Source of the DNA: Lentisphaerae bacterium RIFOXYA12_64_32
GTDB taxonomy: Bacteria > Verrucomicrobiota > Lentisphaeria > Oligosphaerales > YB12-FULL-65-16
Length of the DNA stretch: 64,000 bases
Direction of reading: 5' to 3'
Assembly (NCBI GenBank): GCA_001803235.1
Contig: MHBL01000458.1
Span: 23,972-87,971, forward strand
The first letter of the stretch is position 1. Every line of letters begins with the position of its first letter. A program made the position numbers and the translations under genes. A model generated the notes under the pieces. That model saw only the letters and a list, made by a program, of their open reading frames with translations. It was not told where the DNA came from and ran no database searches. Below, in pieces: positions 44,977-53,109 of the stretch.

Positions 44977-45131
44977 CAGGGCTGTTTCAAGATCCGGCCC
45001 CGCGTCTCGGAAGGCCACGCCTCCGCGCATACCAAGTAGGGGCGGCCTGTCCTCAGGTCGCCACCCCCGGCGTGGGGACACGCCGGGGGTACTCGCCGCA
45101 CGTGACGGTCACGAATCTTGAAACAGCCCTG
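44977..45131. mobile_element. 155-bp MITE-like element, family D copy 2, with an 8/9 target-site duplication
   Basis: The termini CAGGGCTGTTTCAAGAT...ATCTTGAAACAGCCCTG are perfect 17-bp inverted repeats. The flanks are GCTGCACCC (44968-44976) and GCTGCAACC (45132-45140). It sits between the LacI gene and the flavoprotein gene, 90 nt upstream of the latter's ATG. Confidence 0.85.
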
Positions 45132-45221
45132 GCTGCAACCGACCGCAACCGACCTGGGCTTGACGGTGGCGTGGTTTCAGGATACCTTGCACGTTGTGAA
45201 AAAGATGAGGAGGGAAGTTCT

Positions 45222-45779
45222 ATGAAGGTCATCGCGATTCTTGGCAGTCCACGGCGGGAGGGGAACAGCACCATCCTGGCGCGTGCGGTGTTGGAGGAAG
45301 TGGCTGCGCGCGGCGCCAGCGTGCAGGAGTTCTCCTTGGGCCAGCTCACGTACAAGGGTTGCGTCGCTTGCGAGGCGTGCAAGTCCGCGTCGGAGATCTG
45401 TGTGCTGAAGGACGATCTGACGCCGGTGCTGAAGGCGATGGCCGAGGCCGACGCGGTGGTGTTTGCCTCCCCCATCTACTGCGCCGATGTCTCGGGGCAA
45501 TTCAAGTGCTTCTTCGACCGGACCTACAGTTTCTTTGCGCCGGATTTCAAGTCTCGGCTCAAGCCTGGCAAGAAGGCGGTCCTGATCCTGACCCAAGGCG
45601 ACCCGGCGGTGGAGGATTTTGCGGATGTCGCACAGCGCTACGGTTCGGCGCTGACAAAGTGGCTTCGGTTCGCCGAGAACCACGTGATTCGGGGGCTTGG
45701 CCTCAACGAGCAGGGCGCCGTGCGCAAACGCAGCGACCTGATGAAACAGGCCCGTGAGGTGGGGGCAAAGCTGGGGTGA
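45222..45779 (+). CDS. iron-sulfur flavoprotein-like NAD(P)H-dependent FMN reductase (Isf/FMN_red family)
   Basis: This lies in the 44685..45779 ORF. ATG 45222 is preceded by GAGGAGGGAA. The protein starts MKVIAILGSPRREGNSTILA, has CVACEACKSASEIC (C-x2-C-x2-C-x6-C) and then ADAVVFASPIY. Confidence 0.8.
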   Translation: MKVIAILGSPRREGNSTILARAVLEEVAARGASVQEFSLGQLTYKGCVACEACKSASEICVLKDDLTPVLKAMAEADAVVFASPIYCADVSGQFKCFFDRTYSFFAPDFKSRLKPGKKAVLILTQGDPAVEDFADVAQRYGSALTKWLRFAENHVIRGLGLNEQGAVRKRSDLMKQAREVGAKLG

Positions 45780-45913
45780 TGTATCCCCGATGGCCAAAGC
45801 ACGGCGAGGCGGGCTGACATCAACAGCTCGGCCCGCTCCCGAGTCAGCCCCGAGACGCTACCACCAAGGGTTGGCTGCGCCAGCGGCACAGGGCATGGCT
45901 CTATCGCCTCTTC

Positions 45914-46155
45914 TTTTTCGACCTGTGCAATAACCCGACCCCACCGGCCTTGCGCCGGTGGTGAAAGATGTTGGTTGGCCAAAATGGACCGCCGCCCGCC
46001 CGCGTTTCCCCTCTTCTCCGTGCGGACCGCGGCCGCGGTCCGCACGGAGAAGAGGGGGTAGTCAGGCGGATCGGCTAGCCGTTGGACCTGCTTCACCACC
46101 GGCACAAGGCCGGCGGGGTCGCCAAGCCGCCCTTATTGCACAGGTCGAGAAAAAA
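45914..46155. repeat. about 240-bp long imperfect palindrome with a 50-bp perfect palindromic core
   Basis: The outer arms are TTTTTCGACCTGTGCAATAA and TTATTGCACAGGTCGAGAAAAA. The middle arms are CCACCGGCCTTGCGCCGGTGGTGAA and TTCACCACCGGCACAAGGCCGGCGG. The core CCCCTCTTCTCCGTGCGGACCGCGG|CCGCGGTCCGCACGGAGAAGAGGGG spans 46008-46057. A third copy of the outer motif, CGACTTGTGCAACAATCCG, follows at about 46158. Confidence 0.8.
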
Positions 46156-46303
46156 CGCGACTTGTGCAACAATCCGGGCTCATCGGCCGAGGTCACCCGC
46201 AGCGTGTGCCGGCGCACCTGGAACCCCGGTTCTCCGTAACCGGGTGGGGGCAGGATGACGCGGTGACGGGGGCGCCATCGACCAGCACACTCCCGAACTC
46301 ACG

Positions 46304-47833
46304 TTACGGCTTGGTCTCCGCTGGTTTGGCGGCAGGTTGCGCTTCCGTGCCGGTGGCGGGCGCTGTGGGGGCTGGCGCTGTCGCAGCGGCAGCCGGTGCT
46401 GTGTCCGTCTGAGGTGTTGTTGCGGTGGCGGGGGTGGCGACGGCGTCTGGCGCCACGGTTGGCGGCTGCGTTGTGGCGGGGCTGGGCGGGGTGAGTTCGG
46501 GCAGGGCTCGAACCAATCGGAAGCCGAGGATGTTGCCCTTGGACGCCGGTGGCAGTCGGCAGCGGTTGGCGGAGCGGCAGGTCTCGGCGGGTTCGTGCCA
46601 ATTGCCGCCGCGCAGAGAACGCCAACCGGCGGTCTCCGGGTCGATGGGGGCTCCCCCGGGGTACGGAGCGAACGTTTCCAGAATCCATTCCCACACGTTA
46701 CCGTGCATGTCATAGACCCCGTAGGCGTTCGGTCGGCGCTGTGCGACACGGTTGGTCATGCCGTCGTTGTTGCCTTTGAAATCCGCGTAGGCGCCGAGTT
46801 GACTTGGGTCGTCCCCGAAGCAGTAAGCGGTCGTGGTGCCAGCGCGGCACGCGTACTCCCATTCGGCTTCCGTGGGCATGCGGTAGGTGCCGGGTGGGAG
46901 GCCCTCTTTCTCGCACAGGGCGAGTGTGAAACGTTGGCAATCGTGCCAGGACACCTCTTCGACGGGGCGGTCCTTCACGCCTTGGATGGTGCCCTTGTAG
47001 CTGGACGGGTTGCTGCCCGTGATGGCGACCCACTGGGGTTGCGTTACCTCGCACTTTCCCATATAGAACGGCCACGGCACGGGCGCTACATGCTGGATTT
47101 CCGTCAGAGAGCGGCCCGGCTCGGACTCCGGACTGCCTATCAAAGCGGTCCCTGGTGGAATGAGGCGGAACCGCATGCCGAGGCTGTTTTCCACTTCGAT
47201 GGGCAAGGAGTACTCCTGGGACGTGATCTCTTGTGCCTTCTGGGCTGCCACACTGCCAGGGGCCAACCCCTCGAGGGGCGCGAGAAACGCCGGTGACACT
47301 TCCTTAAGCCCCTTCAGTGTGCGCGCCTTGTCGCCCAAAGCGGTGACCTGCGGTCCCTGCTGGACTTTGGCGGAACTGGGCTTGGGGATGAGTTTCTGGA
47401 AGTTCTGATATGGGCGAAGGCCGAAGTAGTAGAAGACGACGCAGAGGACGGCGGCTTCGAAGGTCCAGAGCATCTTCCGGAAGCGAGATGGTTTCCCGAA
47501 GGTGAAACGAATGGGCGGGATCAGGTTTGGCGGATTAGGATAGCGTTCGGACATGGACAAGTGTCGCTTCCTATCGCCGCCGGCGTACCGTCTGCGCTCA
47601 TGTCCCTTCTTGGCGGGTGCGTCGCTGGGTGAGGTCGTCACGCTCGGTGGAGCCGGAGGAGCGCCATTCTGCGGCGGCGGTGTTGGCGTGTCTGTTCTCA
47701 CAGGCGGCGAGCACTCCGGGGCACCTGCCGCCGTTGGTTGCTGGGCCGGCGGGGGAGACGCGGGGGGATTCCCTGGTGCGACCGGTTCGGGCGCGACGGA
47801 CTCGGGTTTGCTGTCCGGGTTTCGTTGTGTCAT
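46304..47833 (-). CDS. membrane-anchored formylglycine-generating-enzyme (FGE/SUMF1) domain protein with Pro-rich N- and C-terminal tails
   Basis: EAEWEYACRAGTTTAYCFG, YGVYDMHGNVWEW, RGGNW and GFRLVR are FGE-sulfatase domain blocks. A single TM (MLWTFEAAVLCVVFYYFGL) is present. Both ends have P/A/T-rich low complexity. Confidence 0.8.
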   Translation of the reverse strand: MTQRNPDSKPESVAPEPVAPGNPPASPPPAQQPTAAGAPECSPPVRTDTPTPPPQNGAPPAPPSVTTSPSDAPAKKGHERRRYAGGDRKRHLSMSERYPNPPNLIPPIRFTFGKPSRFRKMLWTFEAAVLCVVFYYFGLRPYQNFQKLIPKPSSAKVQQGPQVTALGDKARTLKGLKEVSPAFLAPLEGLAPGSVAAQKAQEITSQEYSLPIEVENSLGMRFRLIPPGTALIGSPESEPGRSLTEIQHVAPVPWPFYMGKCEVTQPQWVAITGSNPSSYKGTIQGVKDRPVEEVSWHDCQRFTLALCEKEGLPPGTYRMPTEAEWEYACRAGTTTAYCFGDDPSQLGAYADFKGNNDGMTNRVAQRRPNAYGVYDMHGNVWEWILETFAPYPGGAPIDPETAGWRSLRGGNWHEPAETCRSANRCRLPPASKGNILGFRLVRALPELTPPSPATTQPPTVAPDAVATPATATTPQTDTAPAAAATAPAPTAPATGTEAQPAAKPAETKP

Positions 47834-47960
47834 GATGTCAGATCCAGTTCCTGCAAGGGTCCCACTTGGATGACGGTCGAAGCGGCCGTTTTTTTAAAAG
47901 GGCAAGGTCCTGTTCGTATCTCGCTATGTCACCTGATCCAAGTCAGGTTTCCTCTCGGAG

Positions 47961-49121
47961 TCACCGTTTCCTGAACATCTCCAAGAAACCCCATCCGGCA
48001 AACGCGATCGTGGGGACGGTGCCTGCCAAAGCTGGCGGCACGACGCCGTTCTTGCCCAGGAGGACAACAAACTGCCCGGCTATGTAGTAGAGCACCATAA
48101 TGCCGACAGCCATGGCGAAGCCCTTCAGAGCCGTGCCTTGTTCGCGGCTGAGGGAGAGAGCCACGCCCAGCAGCGCGGCGATCACGCACGCCAGCGGGAA
48201 ACTCAGTTGGAAGCAGATGGTGGTCAGGAACACGTTCCGGGTGCTCTGTGGCAGGTTCGGTTCAGTCCGCAGGATTTGCCACATTTCCCGCACGGACAGT
48301 TCTCCGGCAGGCTTCAGGCTGTTCAGGATATGCCCCGGTGACTCGCCCAGTTCCGGCATTTCGCGCACGTCGAAACGTTCTTCGGGACCTTCCGGCAGGG
48401 CGCCCTTGGCGTCGAACACGCTGAGACTTCCGTCGTAGAACGTCCATTTCCCGTTCTCGTGCTGCGCTCGATCGGCGCGCAATTCCCACTGAATGGTGCG
48501 GTCCGGGCGGAATTGCTTGATGAGTACTCCCCGTTGCTGCTCGGTACGGCTGAACGCCTCGAAGAACCAGTCCCGGTCCCCGGTGCTGTTTCGGAACGCC
48601 AGTCGTTCTTTGCTGATGTGCTGGCGTTCCGGGGGCGTCGTGAGGCGGTTCAGCAGTTCTTCGGCACGGACCGACGCGGTGGGGGCCAAATCCTCGTTGA
48701 GCCACAGGGAGAGGCCGGCAAAGGCCAGGGCCGTGATCCAGATCGGGAGGAAGCAACGCATCAGCGAGAGGCCGGCGGCGCGCAGGGCGAGGATCTCGTG
48801 GTGTCGGCCCAGCACATGAACGGTGAAGCTGGCGGCCAACAGGATCGACATGGGCAGGACGTTGAGCAGGTTGGCGGGTTGCCGCAGCGCGAAGTACAGC
48901 ACCGATTGAGACACCGACGCTTGGTTGTCCACAAGATCGCGCAGGACGTTGAAGACATCCGCCACGACGAAGAGGGTCAGGAACCCGAGGACACAACAGG
49001 TCAGCGGCGTGAGGAATTCGATCGCCACATAGCGGAAGATGATCAGGGACGAACGCCGCGCCGCCGTGGTCGCGCGTTCCGAGGCCGGGCCCGTTGCGGA
49101 TGTGTCCCTGTCTGTCGCCAT
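47961..49121 (-). CDS. LptF/LptG family permease (YjgP/YjgQ)
   Basis: This lies in the 47961..49484 ORF. ATG 49121 gives MATDRDTS...RRSSLIIFRYVAIEFLTPLTCCVLGFLTLFVVADVF... It has a typical LptF/G N-terminus and a 6-TM layout with a central periplasmic domain. Confidence 0.75.
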   Translation of the reverse strand: MATDRDTSATGPASERATTAARRSSLIIFRYVAIEFLTPLTCCVLGFLTLFVVADVFNVLRDLVDNQASVSQSVLYFALRQPANLLNVLPMSILLAASFTVHVLGRHHEILALRAAGLSLMRCFLPIWITALAFAGLSLWLNEDLAPTASVRAEELLNRLTTPPERQHISKERLAFRNSTGDRDWFFEAFSRTEQQRGVLIKQFRPDRTIQWELRADRAQHENGKWTFYDGSLSVFDAKGALPEGPEERFDVREMPELGESPGHILNSLKPAGELSVREMWQILRTEPNLPQSTRNVFLTTICFQLSFPLACVIAALLGVALSLSREQGTALKGFAMAVGIMVLYYIAGQFVVLLGKNGVVPPALAGTVPTIAFAGWGFLEMFRKR

Positions 49122-49288
49122 AGCCAGAACCTGCTCGAAAAGGTCATCCTGCGTCGAGACGGCGGAGTCCCTGGAACCTCGCAGTTCCGGATGCGGCGAG
49201 GTGGCCGCGTTGCACGCGGCGGCTGGGTTCCTGCCACGGGGACCAGCCAGCCCCCGTGCGTCATTCCGTTCGGAGATGCTAAGCCGGT

Positions 49289-50023
49289 CTACCGCGCTTC
49301 TCCGACGATCTTGGTCTTGACCACGCGCACCCCGGAGAAGACGTCCTGCAGCGCGCCTCCGGAAGGCAACACGAACATGACGAACGGAGTCGTGATGCCG
49401 AACATGAGCATAAAGAGCGTGAACCAAAAGCAACGGAACAGAAACAGTTCGTCGCCTTTCTTGTGTACGACCATGAGACCCCAAAGTTTGTGTCCCGGCG
49501 TCTGGGATCGGGACGAGATGGTGCCCGTATAATACAGGAGAAAACAGGGATAGAAGATTGCCAGGCCAAGATAGAAGGCGCTGGTGGAGTCCACCGTGCC
49601 CCCGACATAGAGACCGGCCATGGCCAGGTAGATCACAATCGCCAGGAACAGCATGATCAGCAAGTCACTGACCCCAGCCAGTAACCGCAGCATGACCGGT
49701 GCGGCTTCGTATTCGACTGGCTTGTTGCGCTGCAGTCCGGAACGCATTTCGACGCGAGCGGCACGCAGCGTGATGCGCTGGAGGACGTGGCCGAAGGGGC
49801 CTACGGGCAGGTCCTTCTTGGGCGGTTGGCGCGCATCGAACAACTCTTTGAGGAAGGTGATATCACGGGCCTTCTCCCAACGCTTCAGGAGGGTGCAGCG
49901 GACTTGGCAGACCGGCGTGATCCGGCCCGTCTCGACCCACTTCTTGAGCTGATCCTGATCGGCCGGGCCGAGTTCCTCGCCCTCGACGGTTTTCACCAGG
50001 TACTTTCTTTCGGTCACGCTCAT
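49289..50023 (-). CDS. RDD family membrane protein with an N-terminal GYF_2-like domain
   Basis: YLVKTVEGEELGPADQDQLKKWVETGRITPVCQV is GYF_2/DUF4339-like. The C-terminal TM region contains SRSQTPGHKLWGLMVV (RDD family motif). ATG 50023 is preceded by GGGAGGA; 50044 is an alternative. Confidence 0.65.
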   Translation of the reverse strand: MSVTERKYLVKTVEGEELGPADQDQLKKWVETGRITPVCQVRCTLLKRWEKARDITFLKELFDARQPPKKDLPVGPFGHVLQRITLRAARVEMRSGLQRNKPVEYEAAPVMLRLLAGVSDLLIMLFLAIVIYLAMAGLYVGGTVDSTSAFYLGLAIFYPCFLLYYTGTISSRSQTPGHKLWGLMVVHKKGDELFLFRCFWFTLFMLMFGITTPFVMFVLPSGGALQDVFSGVRVVKTKIVGEAR

Positions 50024-50299
50024 GTCTCGGTGTCCTCCCGGCATACTCGGTTGACCCGGATCGGAATTGCGGCAAGCACCCGCCCCGTGGCGTCAACGCC
50101 CGACTCCGAAGAATCTTCCAGAGTTGTTTGAAAAACCAGCGCTTGTCTCTTATAACATAGCTGCGAACCGTCGAAACAAAAACGACGTCGACCGGGCTTG
50201 CATTCCGCACCACGGGCCTCAAGAGTATTCGGCCCCGGGCGGTTTCGGTTCTGTGGGGGGGCGGTTAGCGGGTGTGATGCTGGCGAGGAGTAAGGGATT

Positions 50300-50692
50300 A
50301 TGATCGAGTGTCCGTCGGGTTTGTCCTACAGCCACGAGCACATGTGGGCGAAGGCCACCCCCAAGACCAAGGTGGCTGAGGTCGGCATCTCTCACGACTT
50401 GACCGAGGAACTGGAGGAAGTCCTGAGTATCGACCTTCCCATGGAGGGCGATGAACTGGACATGGACACGTTGTGCATCCATCTGCACCTGGAGTCGGGC
50501 GACGTGCGGCACTTGCGTTCTCCGCTCTCGGGACGGGTCTTGGAGATTAACCGTGAGGTCCTCGACAGCCCAACGCTCCTGCATCTGGATCCCTACAAGC
50601 ACTGGCTCTACAAGATGGAATACGATGAGCCGGAAGAACTGGACCTGTTGATGGACCACACCCAGTACTCACGGTACCTCGACAATCTGTGA
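50300..50692 (+). CDS. glycine cleavage H-protein-like protein lacking the lipoyl-lysine
   Basis: YSHEHMWAK...VGISHDLTEELEEVLSIDLP...LHLESGDVRHLRSPLSGRVLEINREVLDSPTLLHLDPY aligns with GcvH (YSKEHEWL...VGIT...[22 protein letters not shown]...SPELVNSEPY). The E-S-V-K lysine position reads E-S-G-D, and there is no Lys in the hairpin. Confidence 0.75.
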   Translation: MIECPSGLSYSHEHMWAKATPKTKVAEVGISHDLTEELEEVLSIDLPMEGDELDMDTLCIHLHLESGDVRHLRSPLSGRVLEINREVLDSPTLLHLDPYKHWLYKMEYDEPEELDLLMDHTQYSRYLDNL

Positions 50693-50701
50693 CACAGTTG
50701 C

Positions 50702-51457
50702 ATGCAGTCTGCCGATAGGATTCTGACTCGCCTCGCACGCTGCCTGGACGGTTTGGCCTATGCGTGGTTGGCCACACTGATCCTTCTGGTCTGTCCCCCG
50801 CTGGCCAGAACGCCATTCGGTGACCTCAGTAATGCGGTTCTGTTGCCGCTGATCGGAGTGGCTCTGGCGAGCCTGGCCATTCCGTTGCCTGTCGGCGCAT
50901 CGCCGCGCGCGGCGGACACTCTCGGGCGAATAAAGGTGTCCGCGGTGTTGACTCTTGGATTGGCGCCTTTCGTGTCATGGTGGTTGCGGGCCGATGAGAA
51001 CCTCTATTTGCTGCTGATGGCCGTCGTGGCCTGCTATGCCGTGATCTGGTACCTGCTGGAATTGTCTTCTTTCCTCTTCGAGTTGACGCGCGACGACGGC
51101 CCGGTGCAACTGCGGCTGGAGATCCGTTTGGCGCACAGTGCGTTGTTTTACCTCGGACTGGTTCCGGTGCTCGCCGTCCACGTGTCGTTTCTCATCGCCT
51201 TGGTGATGGTGCGCGGGACCGTGCTGTCCGACCTGTCCAGAACGTGGATGATCGTTCCGTGGCCAGCACGGTATGGGATGCTGCTGCCCGTCATTTACCT
51301 CATCACGCTGTTGTGGCGGCTGTCGGGCGTGCTGGCCTCGCGCGGTGCGGCGGCGGGCGCGGAAACCCGCTCCGCAGCACTTGCCGGCCCATCGGCGTCG
51401 GACGCGGGAGCCGGGCGGGCAGGGGAGGACGCAAAAATGACCAAGGAGAACCCATGA
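50702..51457 (+). CDS. hypothetical multi-pass membrane protein
   Basis: It has about 6 hydrophobic helices and no recognisable motif. It starts 10 nt after the GcvH-like stop, and its stop overlaps the pyrF start (ATGA at 51454-51457). Confidence 0.6.
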   Translation: MQSADRILTRLARCLDGLAYAWLATLILLVCPPLARTPFGDLSNAVLLPLIGVALASLAIPLPVGASPRAADTLGRIKVSAVLTLGLAPFVSWWLRADENLYLLLMAVVACYAVIWYLLELSSFLFELTRDDGPVQLRLEIRLAHSALFYLGLVPVLAVHVSFLIALVMVRGTVLSDLSRTWMIVPWPARYGMLLPVIYLITLLWRLSGVLASRGAAAGAETRSAALAGPSASDAGAGRAGEDAKMTKENP

Positions 51458-52161
51458 CGGGAGTACAGGCGAACCCGGGGACGCAGCTCATCGTGGCATT
51501 GGACGTGGACACGCTGGATGAAGCGGCTCGCGTGGCCGACCAGCTTGGTCCGTTGGTGCCGTGGTACAAGATCGGCAAGCAGCTTTTCACCCGCCACGGC
51601 CCGGATGCCGTGCGGATGGTGCGCGAGCGTGGGAGCCGTGTGTTCCTCGACCTTAAGTATCACGACATTCCCAACACGGTGGCCGAAGCCGTGCGCGCCG
51701 CGGCCGGCATCGGCGCCGACCTGGTCAACGTCCACGCGGGCGGCGGGCCGTCCATGCTGGCGGCGGCTGCCGAGGCGGGTCAGAAGAGCGGCGTTCTCGT
51801 CGTGGCGGTCACCGTCCTGACCAGTCTCGATGAGCGGGAATTGCGGGCCACGGGCGTGGCCGCAACCCCCGCCGAGCAGGTGGTGCGCCTGGCGCGTCTG
51901 GCGCAGGCGAACGGCATTCCCGGCGTTGTCTGCTCCGCACTGGAGATCGGCGCGCTGCGGCAGGCCTGCGGGCCGGAGTTCGTCCTCGTCGTGCCCGGCA
52001 TCCGGCCGGCCGGTTCGGGAACGGATGACCAGAAGCGCGTGATGACGCCGCGTGCCGCCGCCGCCGCGGGCGCTGACTACATCGTCGTCGGGCGTCCGAT
52101 CCGACAGGCCCCGGACCCGCAAGCCGCCGTGCGGCAGATTCTCGAGGAACTGAAGGGGTAA
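51454..52161 (+). CDS. pyrF: orotidine 5'-phosphate decarboxylase
   Basis: This lies in the 51244..52161 ORF. The protein starts MTGVQANPGTQLIVALDV and has LDLKYHDIPNTV, DLVNVHA and YIVVGRPI, the canonical PyrF blocks. Confidence 0.9.
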   Translation: MTGVQANPGTQLIVALDVDTLDEAARVADQLGPLVPWYKIGKQLFTRHGPDAVRMVRERGSRVFLDLKYHDIPNTVAEAVRAAAGIGADLVNVHAGGGPSMLAAAAEAGQKSGVLVVAVTVLTSLDERELRATGVAATPAEQVVRLARLAQANGIPGVVCSALEIGALRQACGPEFVLVVPGIRPAGSGTDDQKRVMTPRAAAAAGADYIVVGRPIRQAPDPQAAVRQILEELKG

Positions 52162-52331
52162 GTCCAACGGCCAGTCCCCTGGCGTCGGGGCTGGACTCGG
52201 GTTCTGGGCCGCCTGCGCTTGGAGGGGTGCAATCGGCTATCGATCCGGTGTCCGTTGCGGTGTTGGCCATCAAGACGCGATGGCGATGAGGATTGCGAGA
52301 AAGCGATTGGGCGGCAGCAGGGAGAGAGCGC

Positions 52332-53006
52332 ATGACTGCGGCAACCGTACTGCTGAGCGGCGGACTGGACTCGACGGTCCTGCTGCATCACGTCGTGAAG
52401 GAACTAGGAAGCAACCCGGTTCACGTGCTGTCGTTTCGTTACGGACAGCGGCACAGTCGTGAACTGGATATGGCGCGCTGGCAGGCCGGGCAACTGCCGC
52501 AGGTTGCCGGGCATCACGTGGTGGACATCGGCGTCTACGCGGATCTGGTCGGCAGCCAGTCAAGCCTGATCCGGGGCGGGCCAGCCGTGCCGCGCCTCGA
52601 GAACCTGAGCGCGGCAGAACTGCACCAGCCGTCGACCTACGTACCCAACCGGAACATGATTCTGCTTTCGCTGGCGGCGGCGTTCGCCGAGGCACGGGGT
52701 TGTCCGGTTGTGTTCTACGGCGCGCAGGCCCAGGACCAGTATGGGTACTGGGACTGTACGCCGGAGTTCGTGCGGCGCATCAACGAGGTGCTGGCGTTGA
52801 ACCGTGGGTGTGCGGTTCGGGTCGAAGCGCCTTTTGCAGGCCGACGCAAGGCTGAGAACGTGCGTCTCGGGGGGCGCCTCGGAGTCGATTTCGGGCACAC
52901 CTGGTCGTGTTACCGGGGCGAGGAACGGCCGTGCCGCGAATGCCCGTCCTGCGTCGAGCGGCAGCGTGCGTTCGACGAAACCGGCGTTCGCGATCCGCTG
53001 GGGTGA
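52332..53006 (+). CDS. queC: 7-cyano-7-deazaguanine synthase
   Basis: It carries LLSGGLDSTVLL (PP-loop), YGQRH, TYVPNRNMILLSLAAAFA and the C-terminal Zn-Cys cluster CYRGEERPCRECPSCVER. The ATG is preceded by GGGAGAGAG. Confidence 0.9.
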   Translation: MTAATVLLSGGLDSTVLLHHVVKELGSNPVHVLSFRYGQRHSRELDMARWQAGQLPQVAGHHVVDIGVYADLVGSQSSLIRGGPAVPRLENLSAAELHQPSTYVPNRNMILLSLAAAFAEARGCPVVFYGAQAQDQYGYWDCTPEFVRRINEVLALNRGCAVRVEAPFAGRRKAENVRLGGRLGVDFGHTWSCYRGEERPCRECPSCVERQRAFDETGVRDPLG

Positions 53007-53041
53007 GCACGGAGCACGGAGCACGGAGCAGGGAGCAAGAA
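53007..53041. repeat. tandem heptamer tract (GCACGGA x3, then GCAGGGA, GCAAGAA)
   Basis: The tract was read directly. It starts at the first base after the queC stop codon (53004-53006). Confidence 0.8.
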
Positions 53042-53109
53042 GGGAGCCAGAGCTACGGTTCCCGGTCGGATCCGGCCGTGCGCGCGATCACCCCGCATCC
53101 ACAGCCGGC

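Noticed and set aside
46304-47833. Diversity-generating retroelement (DGR) targeting the FGE/C-type-lectin-fold protein
   Set aside because: FGE-fold proteins are classic DGR targets, so I looked for a reverse transcriptase (YxDD-containing ORF) and for a template repeat matching the 3' part of the domain. Neither is present in this window.
46337-49532. Plus-strand ORFs 46337..47296 (319 aa) and 48459..49532 (357 aa), and the 49122..49484 extension of the LptF/G ORF
   Set aside because: They are antisense or extension artefacts over well-supported minus-strand genes, with low-complexity G/R-rich translations.
52162-52331. preQ1 riboswitch upstream of queC
   Set aside because: queC is a frequent preQ1-riboswitch target. 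The 170-nt spacer has no short P1 stem followed by the A-rich ...AAAAAACUA tail or other conserved preQ1-I/II/III features that I can recognise.
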